Assembly: GCA_902605365.1 (NCBI GenBank)
Contig: CACLCM010000005.1
Coordinates: 3,759 to 67,758, forward strand
Source: an uncultured Candidatus Poseidoniales archaeon
GTDB lineage: Archaea > Thermoplasmatota > Poseidoniia > Poseidoniales > Poseidoniaceae
DNA: 64,000 bases
Reading direction: 5' to 3'
Positions 6,878 to 16,069 of the stretch are shown here, piece after piece. Below the pieces are notes generated by a model, which saw only the letters and a program-made list of their open reading frames with translations, was not told the origin of the DNA and searched no databases. A program made the translations under genes and the position numbers. Within the stretch, counting starts at the first letter, position 1. The number at the start of each line of letters is the position of its first letter.

Positions 6878-9844
6878 ATGAGCGACGAAAACCCAAATGA
6901 ACCACCAATGCCACCCGGAATGCCACCAGCACCTCCTGGAATGCCTCCAGCACCACCTGGAATGCCGCCTGCCCCACCGGGTATGCCGCCTGCCCCACCG
7001 GGTATGCCACCAGCACCTCCAGGTATGCCTCCTGCACCACCTGGCATGCCTCCTATGGATGCCCCTCCTGCACCACCTGGCATGCCTCCTATGGATGCCC
7101 CTCCTGCACCTCCAGGTATGCCGGCCCCTCCTCCAGAAATGCCGCCTGCCCCACCTGGTATGCCAGCCCCTCCTCCAGAGATGCCTCCAATGGAAGCGCC
7201 TCCTGCTCCACCTGGTATGCCAGCAGCACCGCCTGGTATGGCTCCAATGGAAGCTCCACCTGCTCCACCAGAGATGCCACCGGCTCCTCCAGAGATACCT
7301 CCTATGGAAGCGCCACCTGCATCGCCTGTTGCGGCAGATGCCCTACTCGCCCCTCCAGAACCAGCATTTGATCCTTTGATGGCTCCTCCTGCTCCGCCGG
7401 CAGACCCGCTAATGGCTCCTCCGGCAGCGGATTTGCTAGCACCAGTTAGTGAAGTTGCAGTGGAAGAATCAGATATTCCTGCTGTTAACCCACTTGACCC
7501 AATCAACCCAGTTGGCGAGGATTTCGTCGCTGCTGGGGCAAAGATTCGACGCTCATCTGAAGTTGACGATGTACCTGGTGACAAGTTAGAAGGAACATTG
7601 CATGAGAAAGAAGTTTCAACACTAAATGCGGATGGAGAAATCGTAAAGCAAGATGTCAAGGGAGTTCTTACAGTTAGAAATCCTTCTGAATCAGATAGGA
7701 TTTACGATATTGATGTAATGTTGAATAATACGCTAAATACTGATTTAGCTGGTGACCACGTACAAGTTGATGAACTTGAATCTCGTAAGGAATTCTCTAC
7801 CAAATACAAGGTCAAGAATAGTCGAATGCTAATTCTCAGTGAGAGATTAGACACCAATCCTGCAAGAGACCAAGCCCGTTCATTGTCTGTCGCTAAAGGC
7901 GGCGAAGGCGGTCCATTGGATATGGAACTAGAAGTTCAGAATGTTTCAGGAGTTTCTCTAAACAATGTTACAGTTACCAGAGATATACCATCTCAACTAA
8001 ACATGGTTGTTATTGGTGGAGCTGAAATTGAAGATGGTGAACTTATTTGGGATGTAGGACACCTAACTGCTGGTGAAACCAAGATTCTATCCTTGTCTGG
8101 TACTATACATGTTGATGGAATTAAGCCAGTAAAGGCTGGTGTTGCTAAGGTGATATACAACGCAGATGTGACATTGTCTACTCTGTCATTCAGAGAATTC
8201 GATGTTTTCTGTCGAGGTTTCGCTTACATCAACTCTGTGGAATCTGAGAGGCCAGATAATTGGGAATGTAAGACAATATTCGAAAATCGTTCATCATTTA
8301 CAGTCGATCTTGTGAAGTTGCAGGTTAGAATGAAAGGAGAAGATGGTCTACTATTCGATGTAAACGATGTTTCAGAGGATGTACTTCCAGAAGGACGTTG
8401 GGAATCCGATACTGTTACTGTTGAAAGTAATGGTAAGCCAGATTTCACATGGGACTTAGGATACACAGTTCTTCCTCGTGCAACACATACCACAGAAGGC
8501 AAGATTGAGCTACAACCATCAACCTTCGAAGTATTGGATGCCAGTATGGAGAAATCTTACAGCAGAAATGTTCTTCCATCCTATAGAAGAAATGACTTAT
8601 CTGCTACAATTACAATCAAGAATGAAGGTTCATCGGCAATTAACAGGTTCTATTTGACAGATGATATACCTGGATTGTTTGAAGCTCCTGCCATTGAGGA
8701 TATCTCAGTTAAGGTAGGTAATAGCGATTTGACTGAAGACCAATTCAAGGCTGAAATTTCCCAAGGTGTAACTATCGAGAAGGAAATGAAGAGCCCAGAT
8801 GGTCCTGGACACACTATGGTGATGAAGATTGGAACAGGTAAGCCAATTGGTTTAGCACCTGGAAAGAGTATTGTAATCACTTACCCACTAGTTGCTCCAG
8901 ACCCAAGTCCTGGTAATGAGGCAGTAGCCGGTCCTGCTCGTTGTGAATTTAGCGCAGAGCAGTTTGGCCCACCTTGTGACAGGGAAGTAAATGATGTTCC
9001 AATTGTACGTGTAAGGCACAACCGCAGAAACTTCTCTGCAGGTAAGTCTGTAATGCCTATGGGCGGTAAGGGTCGATATGAAGTATTGATCTTATTCGAG
9101 AACAATGGAGACACTGCTCTACAAGACGTTTGTATCAACGATATTCTGCCATCAAACTTTGATTTGAAGGATTGGTCTGTACGTGGTGCTGGTGGAAACA
9201 AGAGAGACGATGTCACAATCGAGACAACTGATTCTGAATTGGGTAGCACGAATGTTTGGTCCATTCCTGTAGTAGACAAGGGAGAGCGCCTCGAAGTTTC
9301 CTTCGAAATTAAGGGCGATGGTGAAGTTGATGCTGAAGTTCTAAATCAGTTCCACGGAGTAACATTCGGAGACGAATTGGATGAAGATATGCCGCCAACA
9401 CCTACTGCTGAAGAAACTCCAGAAGAATCAGATGAAGACTCGGATGATGAACCTGGTGCAGGATACAAGTGGAGAGAAGATGTTCTGCTAAGAGTAATGG
9501 CTGCACATGGTATTGAAGAATCTCTACGTGACGATTTCGTAAGGCACGCTGTCGGCTTCGACAATGATGACAATATGTATCTTAAGAAGGTCGAAATCGA
9601 AAATGCTGCTGCCGCATGGGTTGCTAACGATTCACCTGCTGAAGAAGCAGAAGAAGAAGCACCTGCTGAAGAAGCAGGAGAAGAAGCACCTGCTGAAGAA
9701 GTTGCAGAAGAAGTTGCAGAAGAAGCAGAAACTCCTGCCGAAGAAGCGCCTGCTGATGAAGCATCAGATAAGGACTGTCCAATCTGTGGTGCAACCAGTT
9801 CAGCTGACGCTACTACTTGCGAATCTTGTGGATTTGCATACTGA
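6878..9844 (+). CDS. Large cytoplasmic multidomain protein: PPGMPP repeats, DUF11-like beta-sandwich domains, EF-hand-like loop, acidic repeats, C-terminal Zn ribbon
   Basis: 988-aa ORF with GGAGGT RBS. No signal peptide or TM segment. Motifs include NVTVTRDIP..LIWDVGHLTAGETK, ENNGDTALQDVCINDILP, DNDDNMYLKKVE and CPIC..CESC. Confidence 0.85.
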   Translation: MSDENPNEPPMPPGMPPAPPGMPPAPPGMPPAPPGMPPAPPGMPPAPPGMPPAPPGMPPMDAPPAPPGMPPMDAPPAPPGMPAPPPEMPPAPPGMPAPPPEMPPMEAPPAPPGMPAAPPGMAPMEAPPAPPEMPPAPPEIPPMEAPPASPVAADALLAPPEPAFDPLMAPPAPPADPLMAPPAADLLAPVSEVAVEESDIPAVNPLDPINPVGEDFVAAGAKIRRSSEVDDVPGDKLEGTLHEKEVSTLNADGEIVKQDVKGVLTVRNPSESDRIYDIDVMLNNTLNTDLAGDHVQVDELESRKEFSTKYKVKNSRMLILSERLDTNPARDQARSLSVAKGGEGGPLDMELEVQNVSGVSLNNVTVTRDIPSQLNMVVIGGAEIEDGELIWDVGHLTAGETKILSLSGTIHVDGIKPVKAGVAKVIYNADVTLSTLSFREFDVFCRGFAYINSVESERPDNWECKTIFENRSSFTVDLVKLQVRMKGEDGLLFDVNDVSEDVLPEGRWESDTVTVESNGKPDFTWDLGYTVLPRATHTTEGKIELQPSTFEVLDASMEKSYSRNVLPSYRRNDLSATITIKNEGSSAINRFYLTDDIPGLFEAPAIEDISVKVGNSDLTEDQFKAEISQGVTIEKEMKSPDGPGHTMVMKIGTGKPIGLAPGKSIVITYPLVAPDPSPGNEAVAGPARCEFSAEQFGPPCDREVNDVPIVRVRHNRRNFSAGKSVMPMGGKGRYEVLILFENNGDTALQDVCINDILPSNFDLKDWSVRGAGGNKRDDVTIETTDSELGSTNVWSIPVVDKGERLEVSFEIKGDGEVDAEVLNQFHGVTFGDELDEDMPPTPTAEETPEESDEDSDDEPGAGYKWREDVLLRVMAAHGIEESLRDDFVRHAVGFDNDDNMYLKKVEIENAAAAWVANDSPAEEAEEEAPAEEAGEEAPAEEVAEEVAEEAETPAEEAPADEASDKDCPICGATSSADATTCESCGFAY
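6899..7330 (+). repeat. Coding tandem repeat encoding PPGMPPA-like units (about 21 bp period)
   Basis: Repeated ccaccgggtatgccgcctgcc-like units, with synonymous variation between copies. Confidence 0.9.
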
Positions 9845-10270
9845 TTAGAGAGGATATTCCCAGCGAGGCCAAGTGTGGTCTCGGGTATCGTCTGAGACGA
9901 TCACTATTACCACTCTAGGGAATGTTCGTAGTGTATCCTCTAGTCCTGGAACTGCAGGTGGTATAACTCCAATACGCATGTCAACTGCCAACCAAGCATC
10001 TGGATATTGTCGTAGCCAAGCATCGACTTCAGCCATGATTCCTTCTGGTGGAACTCCTGGCCTGACACTAGCGAGATAGCCCCAGTCTCCGGGAACAGCT
10101 CGCTCTGAATCGGAAAATAAGAAGATTCTATTCTTAGACTCCATCTTCTCGATAAAGGATAGAGCGTTGGCTTCTGTTACTACGCAAGGAGAGCCTCGCA
10201 TTGGCATTGGTTGCGTGTGTTGCCAAGTCTTCCCGTCGTCGTCCATGAGATTAGCGTGTAGGGCTTGCAT
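9845..10270 (-). CDS. Hypothetical protein
   Basis: C-terminal 141 aa of the tracked ORF 9845-10456. Start moved to ATG 10270 to avoid overlap with the divergent gene. Confidence 0.6.
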   Translation of the reverse strand: MQALHANLMDDDGKTWQHTQPMPMRGSPCVVTEANALSFIEKMESKNRIFLFSDSERAVPGDWGYLASVRPGVPPEGIMAEVDAWLRQYPDAWLAVDMRIGVIPPAVPGLEDTLRTFPRVVIVIVSDDTRDHTWPRWEYPL

Positions 10271-10340
10271 GTTTGAGACCTTCGCCCAGTTGTCCAAATG
10301 CGTGACAACGTTCAAGCGATGGGTTATGCCCCATAGGGGC

Positions 10341-11252
10341 ATGAGCGGACAGTCTGCACCTCCACCAACCCCACCCGGTGGTTCTATGATGTTCATGCTA
10401 TTGTTCATGGTAGTAATGACATTCATGCTGATGTCAAGTGACATAAGGACAAGCATGGGTGACTATGCAGACCCATTCCTATCATCATGGTTGCCGAATG
10501 AACATTGGTTCGTAATCACAGTACTAATTCTCGGTTCAATATCGATGTTTGTGAACACTGCATTACGAAATGTCTTCATGGACCCAATCTCTCAAGCACA
10601 TATTGCGCATCGCCAAGGACAAGTCCGCAAGATGATGAATGAAGCAAGAGTCGGAAGAGATCCTATTCTGATGGACAAGGCCCAAACGCTGCAACAGCAC
10701 ATGATGCCAGAACAGATGAGTGTTCAGATGGGGGCAATGAAGCCAATGATGTTCACTATGGTTTTCATTATCGCTATTTTTGCCTGGATGGGTAACACTG
10801 TAGAGGTGTTCCGTGTGAACTACGTCTCATTACCATGGTCTGCAGAATGGAACTTGATGACTGACAAATTCCTATTCTTCCCAGCATGGATTGCTGTCTA
10901 TATTTGCATGTCAGCACCTTTGGGTAGAGTTGTTGACCGCCACATAAAATTGATACGATATCGAACTCACCCAATTGTAGCCGAAGGTCAGCGTCTAAAA
11001 GAGCCTCTATTGCACTTAGTCAGTGCTCCTAAGGGGCAGAAGAATGCTCAAGCATCATCCCGTCGTCGACGCTCTGAGCAAAGGCGCAATGGACCAAGAA
11101 AGAAGGCAGCAGCTGTAGTATCTGATACTGAAACAAAAAGTAAAACCAAGGGCACAAATTCTGCTGCCTGTCCTCAGTGTGGTAGCACAATGATTGAACG
11201 TGATGGTCCTAATACCAATGTGTGCAAGATATGCCGCCATGAATGGCGGTGA
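10341..11252 (+). CDS. DUF106 / EMC3-TMCO1 (Oxa1 superfamily) membrane protein with a C-terminal basic linker and Zn ribbon
   Basis: TM helices flank a Met/Gln-rich coiled-coil (MKPMMFTMVFIIAIFAWM, WIAVYICMS). It lies directly upstream of cmk, as is usual for archaeal DUF106. It ends CPQC...CKIC. Confidence 0.8.
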   Translation: MSGQSAPPPTPPGGSMMFMLLFMVVMTFMLMSSDIRTSMGDYADPFLSSWLPNEHWFVITVLILGSISMFVNTALRNVFMDPISQAHIAHRQGQVRKMMNEARVGRDPILMDKAQTLQQHMMPEQMSVQMGAMKPMMFTMVFIIAIFAWMGNTVEVFRVNYVSLPWSAEWNLMTDKFLFFPAWIAVYICMSAPLGRVVDRHIKLIRYRTHPIVAEGQRLKEPLLHLVSAPKGQKNAQASSRRRRSEQRRNGPRKKAAAVVSDTETKSKTKGTNSAACPQCGSTMIERDGPNTNVCKICRHEWR

Positions 11253-11256
11253 GACA

Positions 11257-11796
11257 TTGGTTAAAATCACAATTTCAGGCCATCCCGGTAGTGGTACAAG
11301 CACTCTAGTCAAGGGTATTTGTGACTCCAAGGGTTGGACTTCATTGAACGGCGGGGATATATTCCGCAGCGAAGCAAAGAATCGTGGTCTTTCACTGAGT
11401 GAATTTGGTGACTTGTGCGCGAATGACTTTTCAGTGGATAAGTCCCTTGATGAGATATTAAAGTCAAACATGACTGATATGAATGGTCCCGATGTAATGG
11501 AAAGTCGACTTAGTGGCTGGTGGGCTCACTTATTGGAATTAGATTGTATTCGTATTTGGATTGATGTTAATGAAACTGTTAGAGCCAACAGAGTCGTAGA
11601 TAGAGAAGCCATTAGTTTCGAATCTGCTCTATTAGAAAATAGCAAAAGAACTGCTAAAGATTTGGCAAGATATGAAGAAATGTACGGATTAAATCCAGAG
11701 GATAGCACCCCATACACTCATGTCATAGATGCTTCAGGACTAACTAAGGAAGAGGTAATAGCCTCGACTTTGAAAATTTTGGAGGGTGTTCAATGA
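11257..11796 (+). CDS. cmk: Cytidylate kinase (archaeal type)
   Basis: ITISGHPGSGTST P-loop, GDIFR and ESRLSGW. TTG start with a GGTGA RBS. Confidence 0.9.
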   Translation: MVKITISGHPGSGTSTLVKGICDSKGWTSLNGGDIFRSEAKNRGLSLSEFGDLCANDFSVDKSLDEILKSNMTDMNGPDVMESRLSGWWAHLLELDCIRIWIDVNETVRANRVVDREAISFESALLENSKRTAKDLARYEEMYGLNPEDSTPYTHVIDASGLTKEEVIASTLKILEGVQ

Positions 11797-12752
11797 TAGT
11801 ACTTGATGCTGAAGCAGTGACCTCTCCAGACCATGGTGTTTCTCCCGCAGACAGGACAATTGACCAATTATTTGAATCGGGATTTATTTTGCTTGACAAA
11901 GCACCTGGCCCTTCATCACACCAAGTTAGCGCTTGGGCTAGAGACATGATTGGCTTGGAGAAATTGGGTCATGGAGGAACCCTCGACCCGTTTGCAACTG
12001 GACTACTTCCTCTTCTTTCTGGAAAAGCTATGCGCTTAACTGGTAGAATATTGACCCATGACAAGTCGTATCTTGCGGTACTAAAGATTGGGCGTGAAGT
12101 TGAGAAGGCAGAGTTAGAAGAAAATATGGCAAAACTTACTGGTAAGGTCTACAATGTCCCACCTGAGATCTCCGCTGTGAGAGTCCAAGTTAGAACACGC
12201 AAGATTTCCCGTTTTGAGATACTTGATTTTGACGGAACAACTGTTCTTACACATATTGAATGTGAAGCAGGAACTTATGTCCGCACTATGGCTAGAGACT
12301 TGGGGCTTTTACTTGATTCACCAGTTGAACTCAAAGAGTTACGTCGTCCTTCATCAGGCGAATTCTCTCTAAAGCAAGCGGTTACAATGCAACAATTAGC
12401 GGATGCATATTGGTTGTGGAAAGAGAAAGACGACTCAAGCGCTATTCAGCGCATTTTACATCCAGTTGAAGATATGTTAGGCGGTGTACCTAGGATTGTG
12501 ATCAAAGATGGTGCTGCTGCTGCCTTATCTCACGGTGCTCCGCTTCTTAGACCAGGCGTAGTTAGCATTCCTGAAGACCTGGGAGTTGGAAGTGAAGTTC
12601 TTTTGGTTACGATTAAGGGAGAAGCAGTTGCTCTCGCTACCTTAGTTCAACCTAGCAAAGTAATTCCTGATATGACTCAGGGTGAAGTGGCGAAGCCCAA
12701 CTGCGTTCTGATGAAGGAGGATACATATCCTCGTAGTTGGAAGAAAGCGTAA
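11793..12752 (+). CDS. cbf5: RNA-guided pseudouridine synthase Cbf5 (TruB family)
   Basis: LDKAPGPSSHQV, GHGGTLDP (catalytic Asp), CEAGTYVRT, and a C-terminal PUA domain. Confidence 0.93.
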   Translation: MIVLDAEAVTSPDHGVSPADRTIDQLFESGFILLDKAPGPSSHQVSAWARDMIGLEKLGHGGTLDPFATGLLPLLSGKAMRLTGRILTHDKSYLAVLKIGREVEKAELEENMAKLTGKVYNVPPEISAVRVQVRTRKISRFEILDFDGTTVLTHIECEAGTYVRTMARDLGLLLDSPVELKELRRPSSGEFSLKQAVTMQQLADAYWLWKEKDDSSAIQRILHPVEDMLGGVPRIVIKDGAAAALSHGAPLLRPGVVSIPEDLGVGSEVLLVTIKGEAVALATLVQPSKVIPDMTQGEVAKPNCVLMKEDTYPRSWKKA

Positions 12753-12917
12753 TCACGCTTCGACGTACTCTTCATAGACCCATTCATCTGTTTCAATTCT
12801 AATTTTCAATTCACTCATGTGTTCCACACTCAACTTCGTCACCAGTTGGTGAAGAGCCCCCACAGCCCATACGAAGTAACCAATTCTGAATACATCAGCA
12901 TATGAAGATTCACCCAC
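12753..12917 (-). CDS. Possible small protein (54 aa)
   Basis: GTG-initiated ORF MGESSYADVFRIGYFVWAVGALHQLVTKLSVEHMSELKIRIETDEWVYEEYVEA* fills the gap and ends next to the cbf5 stop. Confidence 0.3.
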   Translation of the reverse strand: MGESSYADVFRIGYFVWAVGALHQLVTKLSVEHMSELKIRIETDEWVYEEYVEA

Positions 12918-12957
12918 ATTTTGTGGTTATCCGTCAAACGGAGCGTTTTTTGAACCC

Positions 12958-15321
12958 TTATTCGATCTTCTTTATTTTGGCAGGTGCCAATAGTCCAAAT
13001 ACAGCTAAAAGTAGCAAAAGTGCACCTGCTGCTGCAATGTAAATTGTACCTTGGCCAATTTCGAAACTATCGTCCTCGTCAGCGCTGGTAGTATCTTCAA
13101 CAGCTTCTCCTATTGAGATGACTTTAGATTCTAGATTGTTAGTTTCATCAACTTCATCTACATTTGTTCCTCTGTCAACCTCAACATCGATAATTACACT
13201 TGAATCATCATCAGGTGCTTGCATGTCACATGTCACGGAACCTAATTGTCCCGGGGCCAGAACTTGAATCACTCCTGAACCAAAGGACTGACCGTCAGCG
13301 GAGCATCTAACTCCAACCATTGTTGCAGTAACCTGGCCTGAATTACGGATGAATGCTTTTACTTCAAACAAATCACCTGCTCGAATGTCATCATCGATTC
13401 TAATTTCTTCGACAAACAATTCTGCAAGTGCTCTGACTTCTAAGTCAAGAACTCTCTCTACACAATCATTCTCATCACATGCTGTGATAAGTACTGATGT
13501 AAATCCAGGAGTAGGGGCATCGATAACAATCTCTCTTGTTGACATATCGACTGTTGCCCAAGACCTATTTGTGGTGACGGTCAAATCCTCTGCGAATGTA
13601 TCTGAATCAGTTAATGTAAACTCGACTGTGTGAACATATCCATGCTCAACTGGAACCACTGCGGGGAATTCTGCAAGAACAGGCTTGTCATCGACATTTG
13701 CTACATTTATTGTAGATACCTCTCGCCAGTAATTACCTGCAGAGTCGGTCACTGTAGTGGTAATTTGCGCAGTTCCAGATGCCTCAGGAACTAGTTTGAT
13801 TCTAATTTGTCCTTCTGTCAAATCTACTTCAACAACGTCAGTATTTGAGTTTTGGAACTGAACAGTCAAATCTTCAGTATCAGTTCTGTCATCACTACAT
13901 CGTGATAGAAGTGGTAGGATTATTCCTCCACCATCTTCCTGAAGATCTTGTGAACCAATTACCGCACATGTTGGGTCTTCATCATATTCAATCGAATATG
14001 CGCCAATTACTTCGAGGTTGTTTATCACGAGGTTCACAGATGCAGGTGCACCATCATTACCCCAATTGTACCAGGATTTCACAGTGATTTCTAATTCACT
14101 ATCTGAGCTGTCCATGACGTGTCCAATAGGTAACTGTAAGTCGAAAACTCCTAAACTAGTTCCATTGTTATTGGAGATAGTTTCCCCATTAACCACAATG
14201 GTCCATCGTGTGGCACTAGGCACCATTGCGCTAACATCGCCGACAATGCTTCCCTGCACTCTCAGGTGTGGGTCGTTTATGTCAATCCATGCCTTAGTCA
14301 GGCAAGTATCTGTAATCGTGAACCTCAATTGTAAATCAGAAGATACAGAAGGAATCAGTCCCTCTCCAATCGATACCCAAGCACCTTGATTATCGACATA
14401 CTCTATTGTTACACTTCCATTTTCGTCATTGTGCTCTGTATGTATCCTTCCCCATGACTGGCCAGCAGGTTTCTCCAAAACTTCCGTAGTCCAAGTGCCA
14501 CTGTCTGAATTAAGGCCACAAGGGGCTGTTGATACAGATGCTAATTGACCAGTAGTAATGTCTAAATCAATTATTGGCCATTCAGTAAACTGATTTATAG
14601 ATGTGGAAGTGACTCTCTCAGCTCCATACCAAGGTGTTCGCATAGTGATTTCCAAAGCAACAGCATCGACCTGAAGTTCAGAATCATCTGTCCCTCCATT
14701 CGATACATAATCGAGATTGATTTCTAAGTTTGCAAGGTCTTGCCAAGTCCAGTTATTGGAGTTAGTTATCGGTGTAGACCAGCCATTTGTCATGTAGTAT
14801 AATGGAGATTGGGTATTGCTCCAGGTCTTAACCAAGTCATGAATCCCGTTGTTCACTACTGAAAACCTTGCTTTATCCTGCTGTAGTGGGTTTGGTACGT
14901 CAAAGTGGACAACCAGTTCTACATTCTCGATATTATTTCCAGTTAGTCCAGATACATCGAAGCCACCCACGGTAATGTCTGGCCCTGTAGACCAACTGTA
15001 GGCTCCATCGGGGCTTCCAATTGAGGCGTTCGAATTAGTCGAGGTTGTGCTAGCCCAAATCCTCTGTTGATCGAGATGCTCAGGTAGAGTTATGCCCATT
15101 GTCATTCGATTATCAGCAACCATGCCGTGAACATACTGACCATCTTCCAATCTGTCTTCTGCAGTGAATGCGAGATGACGTTTGAAGTCCCATTCAGATT
15201 CATTCTCCATGTTTCCCTGAGGGAACATGTCGATAGTTTGAGTTGAGTGAACACTTCGTGCTTCAGCCAATGTAATCGGCATGGCTAGTAAAAAAATAAC
15301 AAGCACGGCAAATCGGCGCAT
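12958..15321 (-). CDS. Secreted, C-terminally anchored surface protein with Ig/cadherin-like and CARDB domains
   Basis: Signal peptide MRRFAVLVIFLLAMP..AEA. VANVDDKPVL. CARDB-like VDRGTNVDEVDETNN. C-terminal TM followed by a Lys-rich tail. Confidence 0.8.
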   Translation of the reverse strand: MRRFAVLVIFLLAMPITLAEARSVHSTQTIDMFPQGNMENESEWDFKRHLAFTAEDRLEDGQYVHGMVADNRMTMGITLPEHLDQQRIWASTTSTNSNASIGSPDGAYSWSTGPDITVGGFDVSGLTGNNIENVELVVHFDVPNPLQQDKARFSVVNNGIHDLVKTWSNTQSPLYYMTNGWSTPITNSNNWTWQDLANLEINLDYVSNGGTDDSELQVDAVALEITMRTPWYGAERVTSTSINQFTEWPIIDLDITTGQLASVSTAPCGLNSDSGTWTTEVLEKPAGQSWGRIHTEHNDENGSVTIEYVDNQGAWVSIGEGLIPSVSSDLQLRFTITDTCLTKAWIDINDPHLRVQGSIVGDVSAMVPSATRWTIVVNGETISNNNGTSLGVFDLQLPIGHVMDSSDSELEITVKSWYNWGNDGAPASVNLVINNLEVIGAYSIEYDEDPTCAVIGSQDLQEDGGGIILPLLSRCSDDRTDTEDLTVQFQNSNTDVVEVDLTEGQIRIKLVPEASGTAQITTTVTDSAGNYWREVSTINVANVDDKPVLAEFPAVVPVEHGYVHTVEFTLTDSDTFAEDLTVTTNRSWATVDMSTREIVIDAPTPGFTSVLITACDENDCVERVLDLEVRALAELFVEEIRIDDDIRAGDLFEVKAFIRNSGQVTATMVGVRCSADGQSFGSGVIQVLAPGQLGSVTCDMQAPDDDSSVIIDVEVDRGTNVDEVDETNNLESKVISIGEAVEDTTSADEDDSFEIGQGTIYIAAAGALLLLLAVFGLLAPAKIKKIE

Positions 15322-15425
15322 ATCACCCCCTAGTTGCAATCTAACTTCAATGGAGCGGTGTTAGAAGTCATGATTACTAACGGAATGAGATAAATACGGC
15401 TTGGCGGTGGACCAAAACAACCGAT

Positions 15426-15501
15426 GGCTGTGATGGTGTAGCGGTTAGCACGGTAGGTTGTGGTCCTGCCAGCCCGGGTTCAAGTCCCGGTCACGGCCCC
15501 A
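15426..15501 (+). tRNA. tRNA-His(GTG) with genome-encoded G-1 and CCA
   Basis: G-GCTGTGA...GTAGG-TTGTGGT-CCTGC...TCACGGC-C-CCA forms a full cloverleaf. Confidence 0.95.
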
Positions 15502-15606
15502 TTTCAATAAAATGGAGAGTTTTTTTCATTTTAGAAACAGGCTCCAAGTAGTGTAGTTGACGCCGAAAGTTCATAACTGCGTCAGAGGCCCTGATAACTG
15601 GATGGG

Positions 15607-16020
15607 ATGCGTATGGTAGAGCGAGAGCAGGTTGACTTAACTAAGAATTTTTTAGTTTCACTAATGGAAGAACAGTTGGAAATACAGCAACATGTGAATG
15701 TTGATTTCACCAATCAACCAATCGTTCACAACGGTGATACCTTGAGGCATATGGCTTCGAGAATTGTTGAAGAAGCAACTGTTGTTACTTCTCGCGGTAT
15801 TGCAGAGGACGTACTTTCCCGTGCGGGAATCGATAGCCACCTTCCAGCCGAACCCGAAATCAAATCCGGTCATCTCAAGCATGTTGGTAAGAGAGCCAAG
15901 AAAATAGCCAAAAATGAGAGGAAAGTAAAGACTCGAAGGGCTGTACGTCGTGCTAAGTCTCGTCCTGCGATGGGCCATGAAAACCGTCCTAGAAAGCGTG
16001 CAAGGAAAATCACACTTTGA
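15607..16020 (+). CDS. Hypothetical protein, possible divergent histone fold with a Lys/Arg-rich C-terminal tail
   Basis: By-eye similarity to HMfB helices (LRHMASRIVEEA vs LEEMGRDIASEA; EIKSGHL vs TIKAEDI). The last ~45 aa are highly basic. Confidence 0.6.
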   Translation: MRMVEREQVDLTKNFLVSLMEEQLEIQQHVNVDFTNQPIVHNGDTLRHMASRIVEEATVVTSRGIAEDVLSRAGIDSHLPAEPEIKSGHLKHVGKRAKKIAKNERKVKTRRAVRRAKSRPAMGHENRPRKRARKITL

Positions 16021-16069
16021 TACGAACACAAAAAAGCAGAATCTCCCCCGGTAATAATTGGGGATAGTC

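Noticed and set aside
6775-7659. 294-aa Gly-rich minus-strand ORF and the alternative-frame ORF 6897-7379
   Set aside because: These are shadows of the Pro-rich repeat gene, which has the GGAGGT RBS and continues into globular domains.
9564-9848. Lys-rich histone-H1-like ORF
   Set aside because: It is an alternative-frame reading of the Glu/Ala repeats of the 988-aa protein.
9845-10456. Long overlap between divergent ORFs (9845-10456 minus and 10167-11252 plus)
   Set aside because: It disappears with the downstream starts ATG 10270 and ATG 10341.
15557-15585. Hairpin TGACGC...GCGTCA after tRNA-His as a riboswitch
   Set aside because: It is short, matches no riboswitch consensus I know, and overlaps the likely promoter of the next gene.
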